Part shown: positions 13,501 through 27,810 of the stretch, piece after piece
Position numbering within the stretch: the first letter of the stretch is position 1
Layout: each line of letters opens with the position of its first letter
Assembly (NCBI GenBank): GCA_035084275.1
Contig: CM068743.1
Location: forward strand, 101,680,001 to 101,744,000
DNA from: Hydrolagus colliei
Lineage: Eukaryota
DNA length: 64,000 nucleotides
Reading direction: 5' to 3'
Position numbers and translations under genes: made by a program
The notes under the pieces: generated by a model
Databases searched by the model: none
What the model was told of the DNA's origin: nothing
The model's input: the letters and a program-made list of their open reading frames with translations, nothing else

Positions 13501-16500
13501 CGAGACCTCCCACAATACACACATTTGTGAACTCTTGTTATTGACAGCAAAAAGGTACACCCTGCTCTTCACAGGTGTGGATGAAATGCCTGGGGGGATA
13601 TCTGTCAATCAGCAATGGCAGCCTATGCCTGGAGCTGCACAAACACCAGGCAGTCTGGGCTCCCCGTCTGGTTATTTACTCAACACAACCATCCTCAGTC
13701 TCACATCCACTCCTTCACCCCCCACTCCCCAACCCCCCCCCCTCCCCCCCACCACCACCACCACCCCCCCAAAACGAAGGGAGCACTCCGTAGCCTGTAA
13801 GCTGTCAGTGTGTGAAGAGCCATGTGAACATGATGTTAGCTCAGTATGTCTGCTATCTGTATCTGCCTTTCTTGAAATCAGTGGAAAAGAGTGCTGCATT
13901 CTCTGCAAATATATGGATCTTGGTAATGTTGACTGAATTTACAAAAAAAAGCATCCCTTTCAATTCTGCATCAATAAAACCTTCAAGTGATAAGACAGGC
14001 ATATATCTAATTACAGATAACAACAATAATAACAACAACAAAATGACACTTGTATAGTGCCTTTTACTTTAGAGGGATATCCCAAGGCGCTGGACAGTCA
14101 CTGTTTCAGATAAGATGAAGAAAACTAAATTATAATTCACCAGTAATGGATTGGAGTTCTGTGCACAGCAATACAGCAATGCTAATTTGATTCAGTTCCT
14201 TCCAATATTTATAGGAGACTACAAGAGGTTTGCTTTGCACTCCATATCAGGAGGATTTGTTGCGGGAAAGTCTGAATTATTGAAGCATTTTCATTTGATG
14301 TAGTCCTATAACTCACATAGGTAACTTGTGATAATGTGGATTCCTGGATTGACATGAGATGCACAATGGGGTTAAGTTTACTGGACAGCTTGAATATCAT
14401 TGACAATTTTTTGGTTATGTTGGGGTAATCAAGTACTGTATCACGATTCATTTTGTGCTTCTTTTAAATTAAATTTGATATTGTAAAGAATAGTTGCACT
14501 ATTGTTTAAGTTAGCTTACTGTACATTGGGATCAAATTTAAAATAATAATAATCTGCTTTTGATAAAATAATATAAAATGGGCATTTTTATCTTATAAGC
14601 AGGCAATGGTTGCCATGTAATTCATTAGTGACAGTGTTATTCAGGTGACTTAGGACTCCTTGAACTTTACTCATGTACCTGTAATTAATTTCATCTAAAT
14701 TCCCTCAATGCCGTTATGGCCTTGTTATTGCTCCCATATATGTTAACCTCAAAAATTTAGAGCCGAAATGTCACAACAAGGAGAGCAATTTCCTTTCAAA
14801 CCCATCCCACATCATTTTTTTGTCGTCATCCAATGGCAATGACAAGGTAAAAGCAGCAGTACCATCCGAGGATAATGATACACTCCACATATAATATAAT
14901 AAATATTGGATGGACAGCAGAGGATTACAGGCAGTAATTCAGCCTCAGGGTTCAGATGACCAGGAAATGATTTGAGCTTCACTTTTGCAGTTTGCAACAT
15001 CACCTGAGCCCTCAGCAGGATCGCTGTCATGTAATCCATTCCTATCTATCCAGTATTCCTGATCAGATAACTCCCAGGTATCCATTCATTCTCTATGTTA
15101 AAATGTTTTAGAAAGTTTTGACATCAGACAAATGTTTCCCTCTGATTATTAGTGCCTTTCAATTGCTTGTAGCACTATAAAACTATTCAGGCCTTACGCT
15201 CCTAGAATCAAGCAGCTATATACAGCTTCACATTGGTAGCATGTGCCAGCTTGGCTCAGTTGGCAGCACTCTTGATCCTGATCTGGAAGATTATGGGTTC
15301 AAACCTCACGTCAGGACTTCACGGTATATTCTGTGAAGGGCTTTGAGGCATCTAGAAGATGTGATAAAGTGCTACATCAAATGCAATGTTTATTATTATT
15401 ATTGATTATTACTGTGAAATATGCTGAGGCATTACAGACAGAGTAAAAATATAATTCCTTCCTTAGCTGTTGTACCGTATGCAATAGCAAACATCATGTC
15501 AACTGCTGAGATCTCTGCAGCCCACATTCTCTTTGACACACTGTTCTGTGAACCCATGCACACTTCAATGGCTCCCTCTTCCCTCGCAAATCAACTTTAG
15601 AATCCTTGTTCTGAGCTTAAAATGCCTCCACAATCTTCTCATATATGGGACTGACCACATCCATTTCACACAACCAATGTGGAATCTCGGTGTCCTCTTC
15701 GAATCCAGCGAGTCCTGCATCCAGGGTTCCCCTTGCACCCTCGCCTACACAACATCCCCCAAATCTCTGCCCGCCCCCCACCCCCCCCCCCCACCCAACC
15801 CCACAGATACCCTCATCCACGTCTTCGTAATGTCAGACTTGATTATTTAAATACAGGACCCTGCTCACCAGACTCGTCAGCTCCTCCGTACACAGGCTGC
15901 AAAACATCCTAAACTACAACCCATGTTGCCTCCCATACAAGGTTTCACTGGCTGTGAGAGCTGGCTTTTTTTTTGCCAGTGATGCCACCTAATGGAAAGA
16001 AAACAACCAAATTATGAATGTAAAATAGCATCAGAATCTGCAGCAACTTCAGTTTCTGTATTTCTCTTAAAACTGTAGGAGTTAAGAATTGGCTAACACA
16101 TAATAGATACCCTAGTAGGATTATTTCAAGTTAATCAAGAATCTATGATGGGACCAAATGGTAGTGCCTTGGATTCAGTAGAGTCAATACCTATTAGTAA
16201 AGGTGCTGACTGGACTGTGGTACGTTTGTTGTGGTTGGGATAATTATGTTAGACTATCATTAATTGTGGTGCAAACCCAAAACAGCAGAATTAGAAAATA
16301 ATGCATTTGTATTGATTTATGATAAGTCGCAATGTATAAATAAGATTTAAAGACTTGTTTCGTATTGAACATTTTTAAGTTAGAGTTAAATATACTGACT
16401 CAACTCTGCCATAAAACTTCTGCATTGCATTTATCTTAATCTGATACTGGTAGTGATTTAAAATATCATGATGTTGCAGATTCACTTAAATTCATTGGAT

Positions 16501-18916
16501 GTGTTTTTTGATAATGAAATAAGTTAGTATTTTCAGTTAACTAATAGTGAAAAAAATATCAATTTTGTTAATCCCAGATTGAAATATGTGAAATTGTATG
16601 AAAACTGCTGTAGTTAGATACCAACTTTCATCACAGGCTTGAGGGTTTGAATCAGTTGGAAAACCTTTTGTTAAATGGGCCATAAATTGATTGACCAGAA
16701 GGATGATTTATTCTGCTCTTTATTTTCATTGGATTGCTTTTAACTTCTGGACACTGGGATGGTTTTTAACTGAAATATTTTAGTTTTTTTATTAATAATT
16801 TTCCAGGCATTGTCAGTTTGTGAGTTCCCCAGCCCGATTTATGATTTTGCGGGTTGAAGACAGTGCCATTTCAGATAGCACTAATCCAACACAACATCAC
16901 AGTGACCAATGTCACCATGAAAGGCAAAATATCGATGGGAAACATTGAAGAAAAAGAAGTATCAAAATGTTCTTACCAAATATAAAGTAAGAATTTAGGA
17001 TTTTCTAGCCCTATTGTTATAAAATCAGCCACAAGTCATGGGCACCGATGTATTCAATGGAGTAATTGCATAAACTGGAGTGAAAGGAACATTTTCAGTT
17101 GATTTGTCTGTGAGACACTGCAACTACTCTTAGGTACATTTCAGTAGTTATGATACCTGAACCTTAAAGCAGGCCACTTATTCTTTCCTCTATCATTCCT
17201 CCTGATCCCACAAAAAGCGAGCTTTGTTTTGCTTCCACTTCATTGACTCTACAGCCCCGCCACAAGTGCACCGAGTCCTCAGGGATATTTGGCAACAGCT
17301 CCTTGCAATGATCGGGGCTGAGCAGTACCCATGACTAAACTGACATGATTCCCACAACTGGCATAGCGCCAATCACATCATAAAGTCACCAGCTGACTGC
17401 TTTGGCATTTACAAAAATGAAAAGCTCTATGTGATTTCTTTTAAAACGAGATAAAAAGTGCCAACATGTAAATCAAAATTGACCGATTTGAGAAACTCAC
17501 AGAAAAGAGTGACCCTCCCCTCAGATGAATTCAGAAACCTTGTCTTGACCTGATGTGAATAACCCAGTTTGTTGCTTGTGTGTTAAAAGGTCAAGGGCAC
17601 ATGTTGTAGTAGTTGACCTGTAGTGTTTCTGTGCTCCATGTACTGTTTCAGTGCATTCTCAGCAATGAGGGATTCTGAGATTGAAAAGTGCTGTGTTTTT
17701 TAAGGCTATTATAAATGGGGGATTTAGTTAAATCTGACTGTAACATTCTGAGCAAAATAATCATTTGTGTGGTACAGAAGGGAAATGCTAAAGCCGGGAG
17801 CATGTATTTTACAGGCACAACTGCCTGGCAGTAATCAGCTAAGTACCATAATCCTCCTTGGAGGGTAAAATCGGACTTGACCTCTAGCTATATACAGCAC
17901 ATGATAACAGCATTAAACTCTAACGCTTCTTGCTCCTCCTCCTTCCGACAGCCTCTACTCTCATTCGTCACATATCAAAGTTGGGTTGGTGGGTCTGATA
18001 ATCCATTTGCATGTTTGAAATGTTTAAGCAGATTCCGGTTGTTCGTGTGGATAAAATTATGGTGCACGGTGAGAATCATTTCTGAGTTCCAGCCTCAGAT
18101 AGGTTGTCGTTGTTCAAAGATTTGGATGTGATTTTACTAGGACCAGAGAGATTAAACAAAAGTGCTTGCCCGCCCAGGATTTGATGCATTCTTCTGGACA
18201 GGATGCTTTCGACCTCACAGATATGCAATGGCAATCACACAGGTAAAGCCAGGTAGAATGCTGGAAGTAAAACAAGTAAATAGGTTGTCTCATTAAAGCT
18301 TAGGAGTTGACAATGTGGTCAGGATATGGGCGATTACTGCTCAATGCACTTGTAGTGTGATGCATATTGAAATGATTTGATACAGAGGTTGAAGTGCTTT
18401 GACGCTCTTTTTTAATCGTATTTAAGGATGAATTGCATATCAAATGTGAAGAAATAAATTATAATATTCAGAAATTACAATAGCACAAAGCGATATCCTC
18501 TTTCCCTCTGTAGTGATGAATAATCATCAAAATATTAATAAAAATAGTGATTATCTTCGAAATAGCACCTTTAAAGTAAAAATGTCTTCAAGCACTTTAC
18601 AGTAATTATTGTTAATTGTAGTAACTGTACGCACGCAGCAGCCAATTTGCATAACAGCAGCATCCCCCAACAGCTGCAAAATGAATGATCAATTTAACAG
18701 GAGGATTACTGGTCAGGATACTGCGATAAACTTCCTCCTCGTTTTGTACGGTGTCACGGGTGCTTCAGCATCCACCTGAAACATCAGTTTAAATGCTCAT
18801 CAATTGGGTGAAAAAACAGATGAAACATTTTGGATGCTTAAATTTCCTTTTTTTGTTTTGATTAAAATTGAAGATTATTCTTGGGGACTCAGTCCGTTGT
18901 TTGTGTTTCCCTCCAG

Positions 18917-19866
18917 GAAAAGGAGCCCATCAACATCCAGGGAACACAACCGCAAATACGACCAGAGAGACGAGAGAGCAGAGGCAGCACAGTATGCACC
19001 ATTGGAAAGTGCAATGCAGAGATCACCCACAGAATATGCAGAATGCGACAAGCGATCCCAACGTGGCTCACGGATTTATGATGACTCTGAACATGTTGAG
19101 TACAGAGAGAGGGGGGACTCCGGTCGCAGGAGTCGACGGCGAACTCAGGAATTCCGAGAGTTGGTAGACGAGGATCTCGATATACAAAGCAGGGACGAGT
19201 ATGAAAGGCAGAGGCGGGAGGAGGAGTACCAAACGCGTTATCGTAGTGATCCAAACTTAGCACGTTATCCAGTCAAACCTCAGCCGTACGAGGAGCAAAT
19301 GCGAATTCACGCTGAAGTGTCCAGGGCGCGCCATGAACGAAGACACAGTGATGTGTCGTTGGCATACACAGAGATGGATGATGCACAAGTCTTAATGCTT
19401 CGAACGGAAAGGCAGTCAAGACAGCGCTCTGGGTCTGACCGCAGAGCTCCTCTGCAAAGTCAACGTTCTTATTCTATGGAAAGAACTCAAGACATGCAAG
19501 AGCCTAGTCCGGGTTGGCAAAGGACCTCAAATCACAGTCCACCGACACCTAGACGAAGTCCAATTCCCTTAGATAGGAGTGACATGCGTCACTCTGATTC
19601 ACTGAGGAAACAGCATCACTTGGACCCCAGTTCTGCTGTAAAGAAAACAAAACGGGAAAAGATGGAAACTATGCTCCGAAATGACTCGCTCAGCTCAGAT
19701 CAGTCTGAATCGGTAAGGCCGCCACCACCCAAGCCACATAAAACGAAAAAAGGAGGTAAAATGCGCCAGGTCTCATTAAGTAGCTCTGAGGAAGAGTTGG
19801 CATCAACCCCAGAATATACCAGCTGCGATGATGTAGAGATTGAGAGTGAAAGTGTCAGTGAAAAAG
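18917..19866 (+). CDS. RIMS2: RIMS2 internal coding exon (large Arg/Ser-rich region between zinc finger and PDZ domain)
   Basis: Translation (R)KRSPSTSREHNRKYDQR...YRSDPNLARYPVKPQPYEEQMRIHAEVSRARHERRHSDVSL...TMLRNDSLSSDQSESVRPPPPKPHK...STPEYTSCDDVEIESESVSEK is recognisably RIM2. Acceptor tttccctccAG ends at 18916 and donor GTaagc starts at 19867. Phase 2 in, phase 1 out. Confidence 0.97.
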
Positions 19867-20859
19867 GTAAGCATGATCTATCTGTCTTTACTTCTCTTTT
19901 TACCTGGTTAAAGGACCTCCTTGATTTTAATTAAGGGCCCATGAAGAAATTCACATTGTGTAAATATATTCTAAGTTTAAACAAATTGAAAACTTAATGG
20001 AAGTAAAATGCAAAACCTGCTTGAAAGCTCGAGGAGATAATGGTCTGTAAAATACACACAGATTTTGCGAAAATGTCCTCGAAAAGAAATGATAAAAATG
20101 ATTCAGGAAGTATTAAGTTTATAAGCATAACGTTGGTTACAGTTCCCAGTCTTATTTGACACCTGTCCTTCTCAACAATATTGTTGATTTTTTGCAGTCA
20201 CTCAAGATAATTTCCTCTTGATGTTGGTAAATTAATATTATTTTCTGTAAAATGTATGGCATTGCCTAAAAAAGATGCTTTCCTCCGAGGGTACTTTTTA
20301 ACCATTTCTTAAAGGGTTTTTCAGATTGAAATTAGGTTTTTCAGATTTAATTTGTCTTGAAATTGACAAACTGAGGTAACAGTGATAAATATTATCTTAA
20401 TATGGTATTCACGTCAGATTGTTTTAGATACTGAGATCGTTTTAGTATTTGTGACAACAACAAAACAACAACAAAATTATATCTGTACAGTGCCTTTCAC
20501 GTCCGGAGGACGTCCCAAGGTGCTGACAAGAATGAAGAAGTGAAGGAATTTACCCTAAGCTGAATTATTGGCAAATAAAACTAGACAAAAGTAAAGCAGT
20601 GAACAGTTTTCTCCTGTACACCAGGCTGTCTAAACCTAAATCATTGATAAGAAGTCAAAGTTGCGTAAAAGTACTATGTGGAGCAGTTCAAAAGGTAAAC
20701 CTGAAACATGTTCAACTGTAGCTCAATGTTTTAGCTTTTACATTTGGAGATTTTTATAAAAATAACCATTTCATATGCAACATAGAAAATAACTCACATT
20801 GAATTTAGCCCAATAAGCATGCCTCCATCTTACCTTGCTTGTTGTCCACGAGTTTGTCA

Positions 20860-21265
20860 CTCAATCCATCCATTTGTTATCTTCCACTCTGACTGCTCAA
20901 TTGCCCAAGCCAGTTTCCCCAGCTCCACTCTCCAGAAAATCCAGTTAAACCAAATCACCACCACCTGCAGATTCACTTCTATCACTCCAGGCCTAGACAG
21001 GATCCACAGGTTTCCTATCACCAAATGTTTTCAAATCCCTTCATGCCCTGGCACCTCTCCTACCTGCTTACTCCCCTAACCCACTTCCCGTTGTCTCTGT
21101 TCAACATGCCCTGGGCTCTGCTTTTCCTTTGTGCCCACCATTTCACCATCAATCTTTCAGCAACTACTCCCCGAAACTCTGGAATACTCTATTTCAATCC
21201 CTCTGCCTTACCCACTCCTTTTTCATCTTCAGGTTGTCTCTGAAGACCTTCCTTATTGACAGTGC
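20860..21265 (+). mobile_element. Highly decayed L2 fragment followed by short L2 3'-end copies in both orientations (to ~21425)
   Basis: SFSNYSPKLWNTL...LKTFL remnant, with (AAC)n and (TTG)n tails. Confidence 0.65.
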
Positions 21266-23789
21266 TCACAACAACAACAACAAATTACATTTGTATAGCA
21301 TCCTTCAGATCAGGAGGATACCCCAACGCATTATGGTTACTTCTCCCCTCTGCCACTGTCACGCGCTCTGGGATGATATTTATGTGAGAGGCACTATATA
21401 AATGCAAGTTGTTGTTGTTGTTGCTTGGTGAGCTTGTAGACTGCTTTTGAACACTTGTTGTTTCTACAATATTTAGAGATCCATCATTCATCAACCACAT
21501 GTGCTTCATCACCACAAAGTAACAGTGAAGAAATTGTACCTCATGTAGAAAAACTCAAAGTTATGGTGCTAATCTATTTGGTGTTATAGCTTCATAGTAT
21601 TGATGTATTATGTAATAGAGATTGTTCTCTGTTAGTTTGTTTGTTTGTTGTTATGTTTACCATCATTTGTCAGTAGTTTACCAATCTCTGATTAATTATG
21701 CCGCTGTTGATTAACAAAAATCTACTTAATTTCATATTTGTTCTTTGTCTTTGCCCTGTGACCAAATGCTTTTTTCATAGTGGATATTATTGTATTTCCT
21801 ATTACAGTATAAGCAAAAATTGGCAAGCTCAGTAGATTTATTGCTGAGTAGAGAATATTCCCCTCCTATATTGTATGAAGGAATCCTCAATCAGGTTGGA
21901 AAATACAGTATAGCATTCAGCCAATCTGCTGCACTGCATTTGAATATGGTTGAGCCATTGAAATTGTTTTAGCATGCTCAATTGACCTGTAATAGCCCAT
22001 ATTCCTGGCTCTAGTCCCACTGACCTGTACGTTTATTGAATGAAGTTGCACAGTGCCAATACTCTCTAGCCTTTCAGTCTAATTACAATTATAACATAAG
22101 GTACATTCCAACAGAAGCAACTCTCAGTGTATCCGTTAGTGAATATGAAATTCAGTCTGTTTCCATTACCAACAATTATGTCAGCTTGAAACTATTCTGA
22201 TAGTATGTGCAGTTATTGGAAGGAGGATATTTATTCTTATTTTGATTTATTGATAGCTAAAACATATTGTACTGTGACTTTTATCCTCGGACATAGTATT
22301 TTTACTTTGATTTTTGATGGGTTGGAATTTTTGGTTCTCCTGTAAAATAGCCTTGTGCCACTCTGTAGGCATTTTACATTTTTTATTAATATTGGTGAAC
22401 AGAGGAATATTAGTCCTTGGGTGTTGAATTAGGCGAGAAGATCACAAAGTATGGATTCTGGTGTAAAGAGATGAGTGAAATAATAATGGATCACATCTAT
22501 AAATGTAGTTTGGTAATAATGTCCACACATATTTCCATGATAAAATCAACAACTGCAACTACAAATTGCATTTATGTAGCAACTTTCTTGTTGTGTGGAT
22601 GTCTGTAGGAGCTGGATAGTGGAGGGATTGCACCCGGGCTGGGGGTTGGATAATAATAATTAATAATCCTTGTATTTGATATTGTGTTTTTCATGTCTTA
22701 TAGATGTCTCAAAGCGTTGCACAAACTATACTGTAAAGTGAATTGACTGTGTATTTATGGGCAAAATGGATTTGAGCAATGTGGGAGCCAAGAGGGGTGG
22801 AGGTGGGAAGATGATGGAAGGCACAGTCAAGAGAGAGGTCTTGAAATGAACCCAAGGAGGTGAAGGAAGAGGTGGGGTAATGGAGTTCCAGAGAGTGGGG
22901 ACGGAAACCTGAAGGCCTTCATTTCTTGATGTTTCTCAGTTCTATGAAGAGCCGGAACAAATCTTCCTTGAGAAATTGGTTGGTGTTGGATATGGGCATG
23001 TTTGTCTCACAACTCCATTTGAGAGATTAGATGGGAAAATATTCTTCTCATTGGTGAAAGAATTATGCACACCCATTTTCATGCTTTGTAGCCACTGCAA
23101 AAGTTAGATATGTTCAAGAATAGTCATTGTGTGTGACAATGTGAATCGAAGTCAATTAAAGAAAGCAATTGGTACAAATATATTAATCTATGACCACACC
23201 GTCAATCACCTTTGCCCTTCCTCACCAGTCTCACTTCCCACACTAAGCTTGGACACCCAGCCAGCTTTGAGTTATACTTCTGAAGTGAAAGGCACCATCT
23301 AAATAAAATGAATACTTAATGAATAATAATAGGATAAACTCATTAATAATTAACATTTGTTGACCTCACCTAAGTTTGTTGCCTTTTAGGGAACTTTAAA
23401 GCATATAGACTTTGAATTATAGAATCAACAGAATATAAAGCTTGCCCTGTTCTCCTAATATCCAAGTGGTCAAAGTGATGCTTAAGTAATAAAAAGTCAT
23501 AGTCATAGAATTACATATGTTTGCCATTCCCTCTTGGAGTCACGGTTGATATATTGTTGCTTAAGTGCTCATATTCGATATATGATTAAGATGCTACCTC
23601 ACGTGAAGGGTACAAGTTGTTTGCGTTACTATCTATTTCTCGAGTTCTGAAAATGTCAGAAATAACCTATTTGTTTTATTCCATATATCTTACCATTGCC
23701 TCCCACCGCTGTATTTAAAGTTTTTATTGAAGAGTGGGGAGAATAGTTGACTTCATCATTGTCTATAATCTGTGTGCATCAAATGAGGC

Positions 23790-24820
23790 AGGACAAGGCT
23801 TTATAACTCCTCCCTTGCTTCCAAGGCTGCAAACTGTCTCCAATTTGTCTCCGCTAACGGTTTCTCTTCCAGCCCGCACACTGTCTTGTGTGGTGTTCCT
23901 CAGGGCTCTGTCCTTGTTCCCCTCCTTTTCAACTTCTACATGGTTGGTGTCCCTCGGTGGCATCATCTGCCAGACATGAGGTCATTTTCTACATATATGC
24001 AGATGACACCCAACTGTATCTCTCTCCACCCTCATCTTCAGGACAACAGGTGCCCTCCCTGTCAGACATCAAGTCCTGAATGATAGACAACTTTCTACAG
24101 CTGAACAGCAGCAAGACCGAGGCCCTCCTATTTGGCTTGCGCCGGTGACTCCACACGTCTGGCATTGGCAGCATCAGCATCCACGGATGCACACTCCACG
24201 TAACCAAGCCAGTCAGGAACTTGGGCATTTTGTTTGACCCTCAACTGTCCTTCCTCCCCCATTTCCATGCCATGACCAACACTGCCTTCTACCACCTCTG
24301 CAATATTGCCCAACTCTGCCACTGCCTCACCCCTTAGGCCGCTGAAACCCTTACAGAAGCATTTGTCACCTCAAGGCTTGACTATGGAGATTCTCTCCTT
24401 GTTGGCCTCCTCAAATTTTCCCTCCACATGCTGTAAATCATTCAAAACTCTGCAGCTTGTATCCTCTCCCACACCAGGCTCCGTGACACCATCACCCCCA
24501 CTCTGCTACACTGATTTCCCATTCCTCAGAGGATAGAATTCAAGATCTTCATTCTCACTTTCAATATCCCCAATGGCTTTGCCCCTCCTACCTCTCTGAC
24601 CTGCTGATCCCCTATCAACCTGTCCGCTCCCTCTGTTCAGTGGGCTCTGGCTTACACCATGTCTCCTGCACGAGACTTCCTCCATCCCCTACCTCTCTGC
24701 CCTACCTAATCCCAACCCTGCCTCCCCTCCCCAATGCTCGGGTCCTATTCCCTGATTGTTCAACACCCTGGGATGCCCTCCCGACGTGAAAGTAGCTCTA
24801 CAAATGTAATGTTGCAATGC
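23790..24820 (+). mobile_element. L2 LINE RT/C-terminal pseudogene fragment
   Basis: CGVPQGSVLVPLLFNFYM and IYADDTQLY RT motifs, with frameshifts and stops. Confidence 0.9.
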
Positions 24821-27179
24821 CTATGAGAGCTCTGTATTAAAACACACATGGAGAATAGCCTCTTGGCTAATATGTTGAGGGAAGCTTTGGAACTGTATGT
24901 GGAGCACTGTATTCTGGAGAGGAGGGTAGAATGTTTGAGTGGAAATCTTTTTTGAGCAAAAGAGAAGGGAACCTCACCTCTGCTCAGTCAATTGGTTCAA
25001 ACTATCACCATTCACCCTTGAGGCAGATCCAAAAGTTGGTCTCTTTTCATGGATCCGATAATTCTAACTGGAAACCAGTGGTAATGTTCGTTAGGGAACA
25101 CATTTCCAATGTCTATCAACATTTTGGTTGCTAGCTGGAGTGAACGGTTGAATTTGTTTTTCTTTGTTGTGATGCCCTCTTCCAATTAATGATATTGCTC
25201 ATTGACAAGCACTCTAATTGTTGGCTGCAAATACTCTGGACGCTTCATCATCTTTTGGAAGACAGGTTTGATGGTAACAGTGGTCCTCATAATATTGAAG
25301 CTCTTTGACTTTAAAAGCTTGTATGTTTTGGCATTGTTGTGGGTGTACACATAGAGAGGATGGTAACAAAGCCTACACACTTATCGGCCTTTTATATTAC
25401 AGGGATACTTTGCGTATTGGGCAATTGCCCTCTTGATGTTAGTTAGCTGAGTTTAGCATAGCATGTTTTTGCTAGCTGGAGGATGAAAGAGATAGCCATC
25501 ATCAGAGTAATTTACTGAAGCACCTCCTACTCCTGTCATATGAACAGATAAAAATGTATAATAACAGAACTGCCTTAGTAACTGAAGAGAGATGATGGTG
25601 TAAACCCGCCACCCACCATTTTGTTAAATACAAATAACTGCATGTTAATGTCCTGTGCTTCAGTACCATCTACAACCAAAATTATTTTACTCCAGCTGAC
25701 AAATCTCTCTGAACAAGGAATAAATAGGGCAGTGGCTCATTAGCTGTAAAGATCAGGTGAAAATACGTGGTCTTCAGACACATGATGATTAAGCGCTTTG
25801 AGACGCCGTCGGGTGTGGAGAGCCCTATATAAATCAAAGTTGTTGAAGTTAGTGACTACTGTTCTCTTTACATTTGACATTAGTGCTGATCAGAACGGTA
25901 CCCAATGCAAAGGTCTTAGGTTTACACCATTGACTTAATGAAGTAACACTAGCTTATCTCAGGGGTGGGTTTCCAATAGGTCAAAAACAATCTAGTGACC
26001 TCACTTAGATTGGCAAATGTGGGTAGAAATTATTGGGCAATTGAGGTAGGAATGAAAAATTGAACTTGGGAGCACTCCAAATACAAAATAATGGGGTGTG
26101 ACTCCTTATCCCATGAGATGCAGTGACTTTGGCAGCATATGTTCAGAATGGGGTTTTCCTTTCTCTTTCATCCTCCTCTGGTAAAATCACCATGCTTAAA
26201 TATGTGAATTTTCATGAAAAGCATACATTGTCAGTCTCTACACCTAAGGGGAAAGTGGACTGTCATTCCTAAGAGTTGGACATTTTTATGGAGTCTTTTC
26301 CTTGACGCCACCCAACTGAAAACCAGAGAGGAGGGCAACAAGGGAGAGCCCTGAGAATTTGTTTCCTGAACTGCAGCTTGGTTTCCAGCACAGAGCAGAT
26401 TCGGAACTGATGAAGTGAAACATTGACATGTCACGGCCACACTGGATTACTGTAACAAATATTCCAATTTGAATGAGATACAGTACTTTATTATCCTGTA
26501 GATTCATTAAGATAAACAAGACTCTGCTTTCAAAATTGTTTTGCAATCCATCCCTTACAACTGCAGCCATACTTAACATGATAAATGTTTGCTCATACAT
26601 TTTTGCTACGTTTTGAAATGCTGCTTGTTTTCAGGCATTCTTAAATGTGGCCGGCTGCCCTCCCCCATTCTTTCCCCCAGTGACCAGCGTATTGCATTCC
26701 TGCTATTGCTGCCCTTTGAAGCAAATTGATGTCACCTTGAATTCTCAGGAACCTGGAGTCACTTTGATTTCAAATGCTGAAGGCTTTTTGCTAGGTTCTC
26801 AACAAACTCCTAAAATGACTGAGGACAAATACGATACAGGAAAACGTCTGATCTGCTCCAATTACATAATCATATTAAGATATGATGCAGAGCAATTAAT
26901 TATGTGTTGTGTGTGTGTTGGGGTTGGGGAATCGCAATGAACTGATTCTCCCAGGTGACTCAGTCACATTGTAACATATGTATGGAGTCACAGTTTGTTG
27001 TCTTTGATGCTAAAGGTAACCAAAATACAGGATTAGCTAAAGTAACTAAAATGCAGGATTCAAGGATGTTGCTTGTTTTGGCCAAACACACCTATATTTA
27101 AGAATTATTTAAACATGTTACTTACATTGCATGCTTGTTTGTAAGGGTCTTATTTATTGTGTTATCTTAATTATGTCAA

Positions 27180-27810
27180 CAATACTGAGACTCCTGAATG
27201 GCTCACACCAGCGCCTTCACACATCAGGCACTGCAGCATCAATCTCCATAGTTGCACCCTCCATTTCACCAAGCCAGTCAAGGTGTCGTGTTCGATCCTC
27301 ATCTGTCTTTCCTCCCCCACATCCAAGCTATGACCTGCTCTGCCTTCCCTCACCTCCCCATTCTCGCCTGACTCCATGGCTCCCCATCACCCACAGGATT
27401 CAATTTAAGATCCTGGTCCTCACCTTTAAAGCGCTCCATGGCCTCTTCCCACCCTACCTTTGCGACCTCCTAACCCCCTACCAACCTGCTCAGTGGGCTC
27501 TGGCCTGCTCCATGTCCTCCGACCTACCTCCATCAGTGAGCAAACCTTCAACCACTCTGCCCCTAATCTCTGGAATTCCATCCGGCAGTCCCTCTGCCTC
27601 GACCCCTCCCTAGCCTCCTTCAAGTCCCGCCTCAAGAATCTCCTCTTCGACGGTCCCATCGGTTACCCCAAATAATCCCCTCCTTTCCCTCTAGCCTCAC
27701 TGATCCAAACCCCAGCTCGGGTCTAAAACATTGACCAGTGCCTTGGGACATACTCCCAACGTGAAAGACGCTATAGAAATGTAATTTTGTTGTCATTGTT
27801 TTGTTGTACG
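27180..27810 (+). mobile_element. L2 LINE 3' fragment
   Basis: WLPITHRIQFKILVLTFKALHGL and SAPNLWNSI...SFKSRLK, followed by the tail. Confidence 0.85.

Noticed and set aside
13812-13930. Possible RIM2-beta alternative first exon (MMLAQYVCYLYLPF...)
   Set aside because: It shows no resemblance to the RIM-beta N-termini I recall, and there is no supporting promoter evidence.
18804-19934. 376-aa ORF as a stand-alone gene
   Set aside because: The RIM2 similarity is bounded by splice sites at 18917 and 19866. The flanking residues are intronic read-through.
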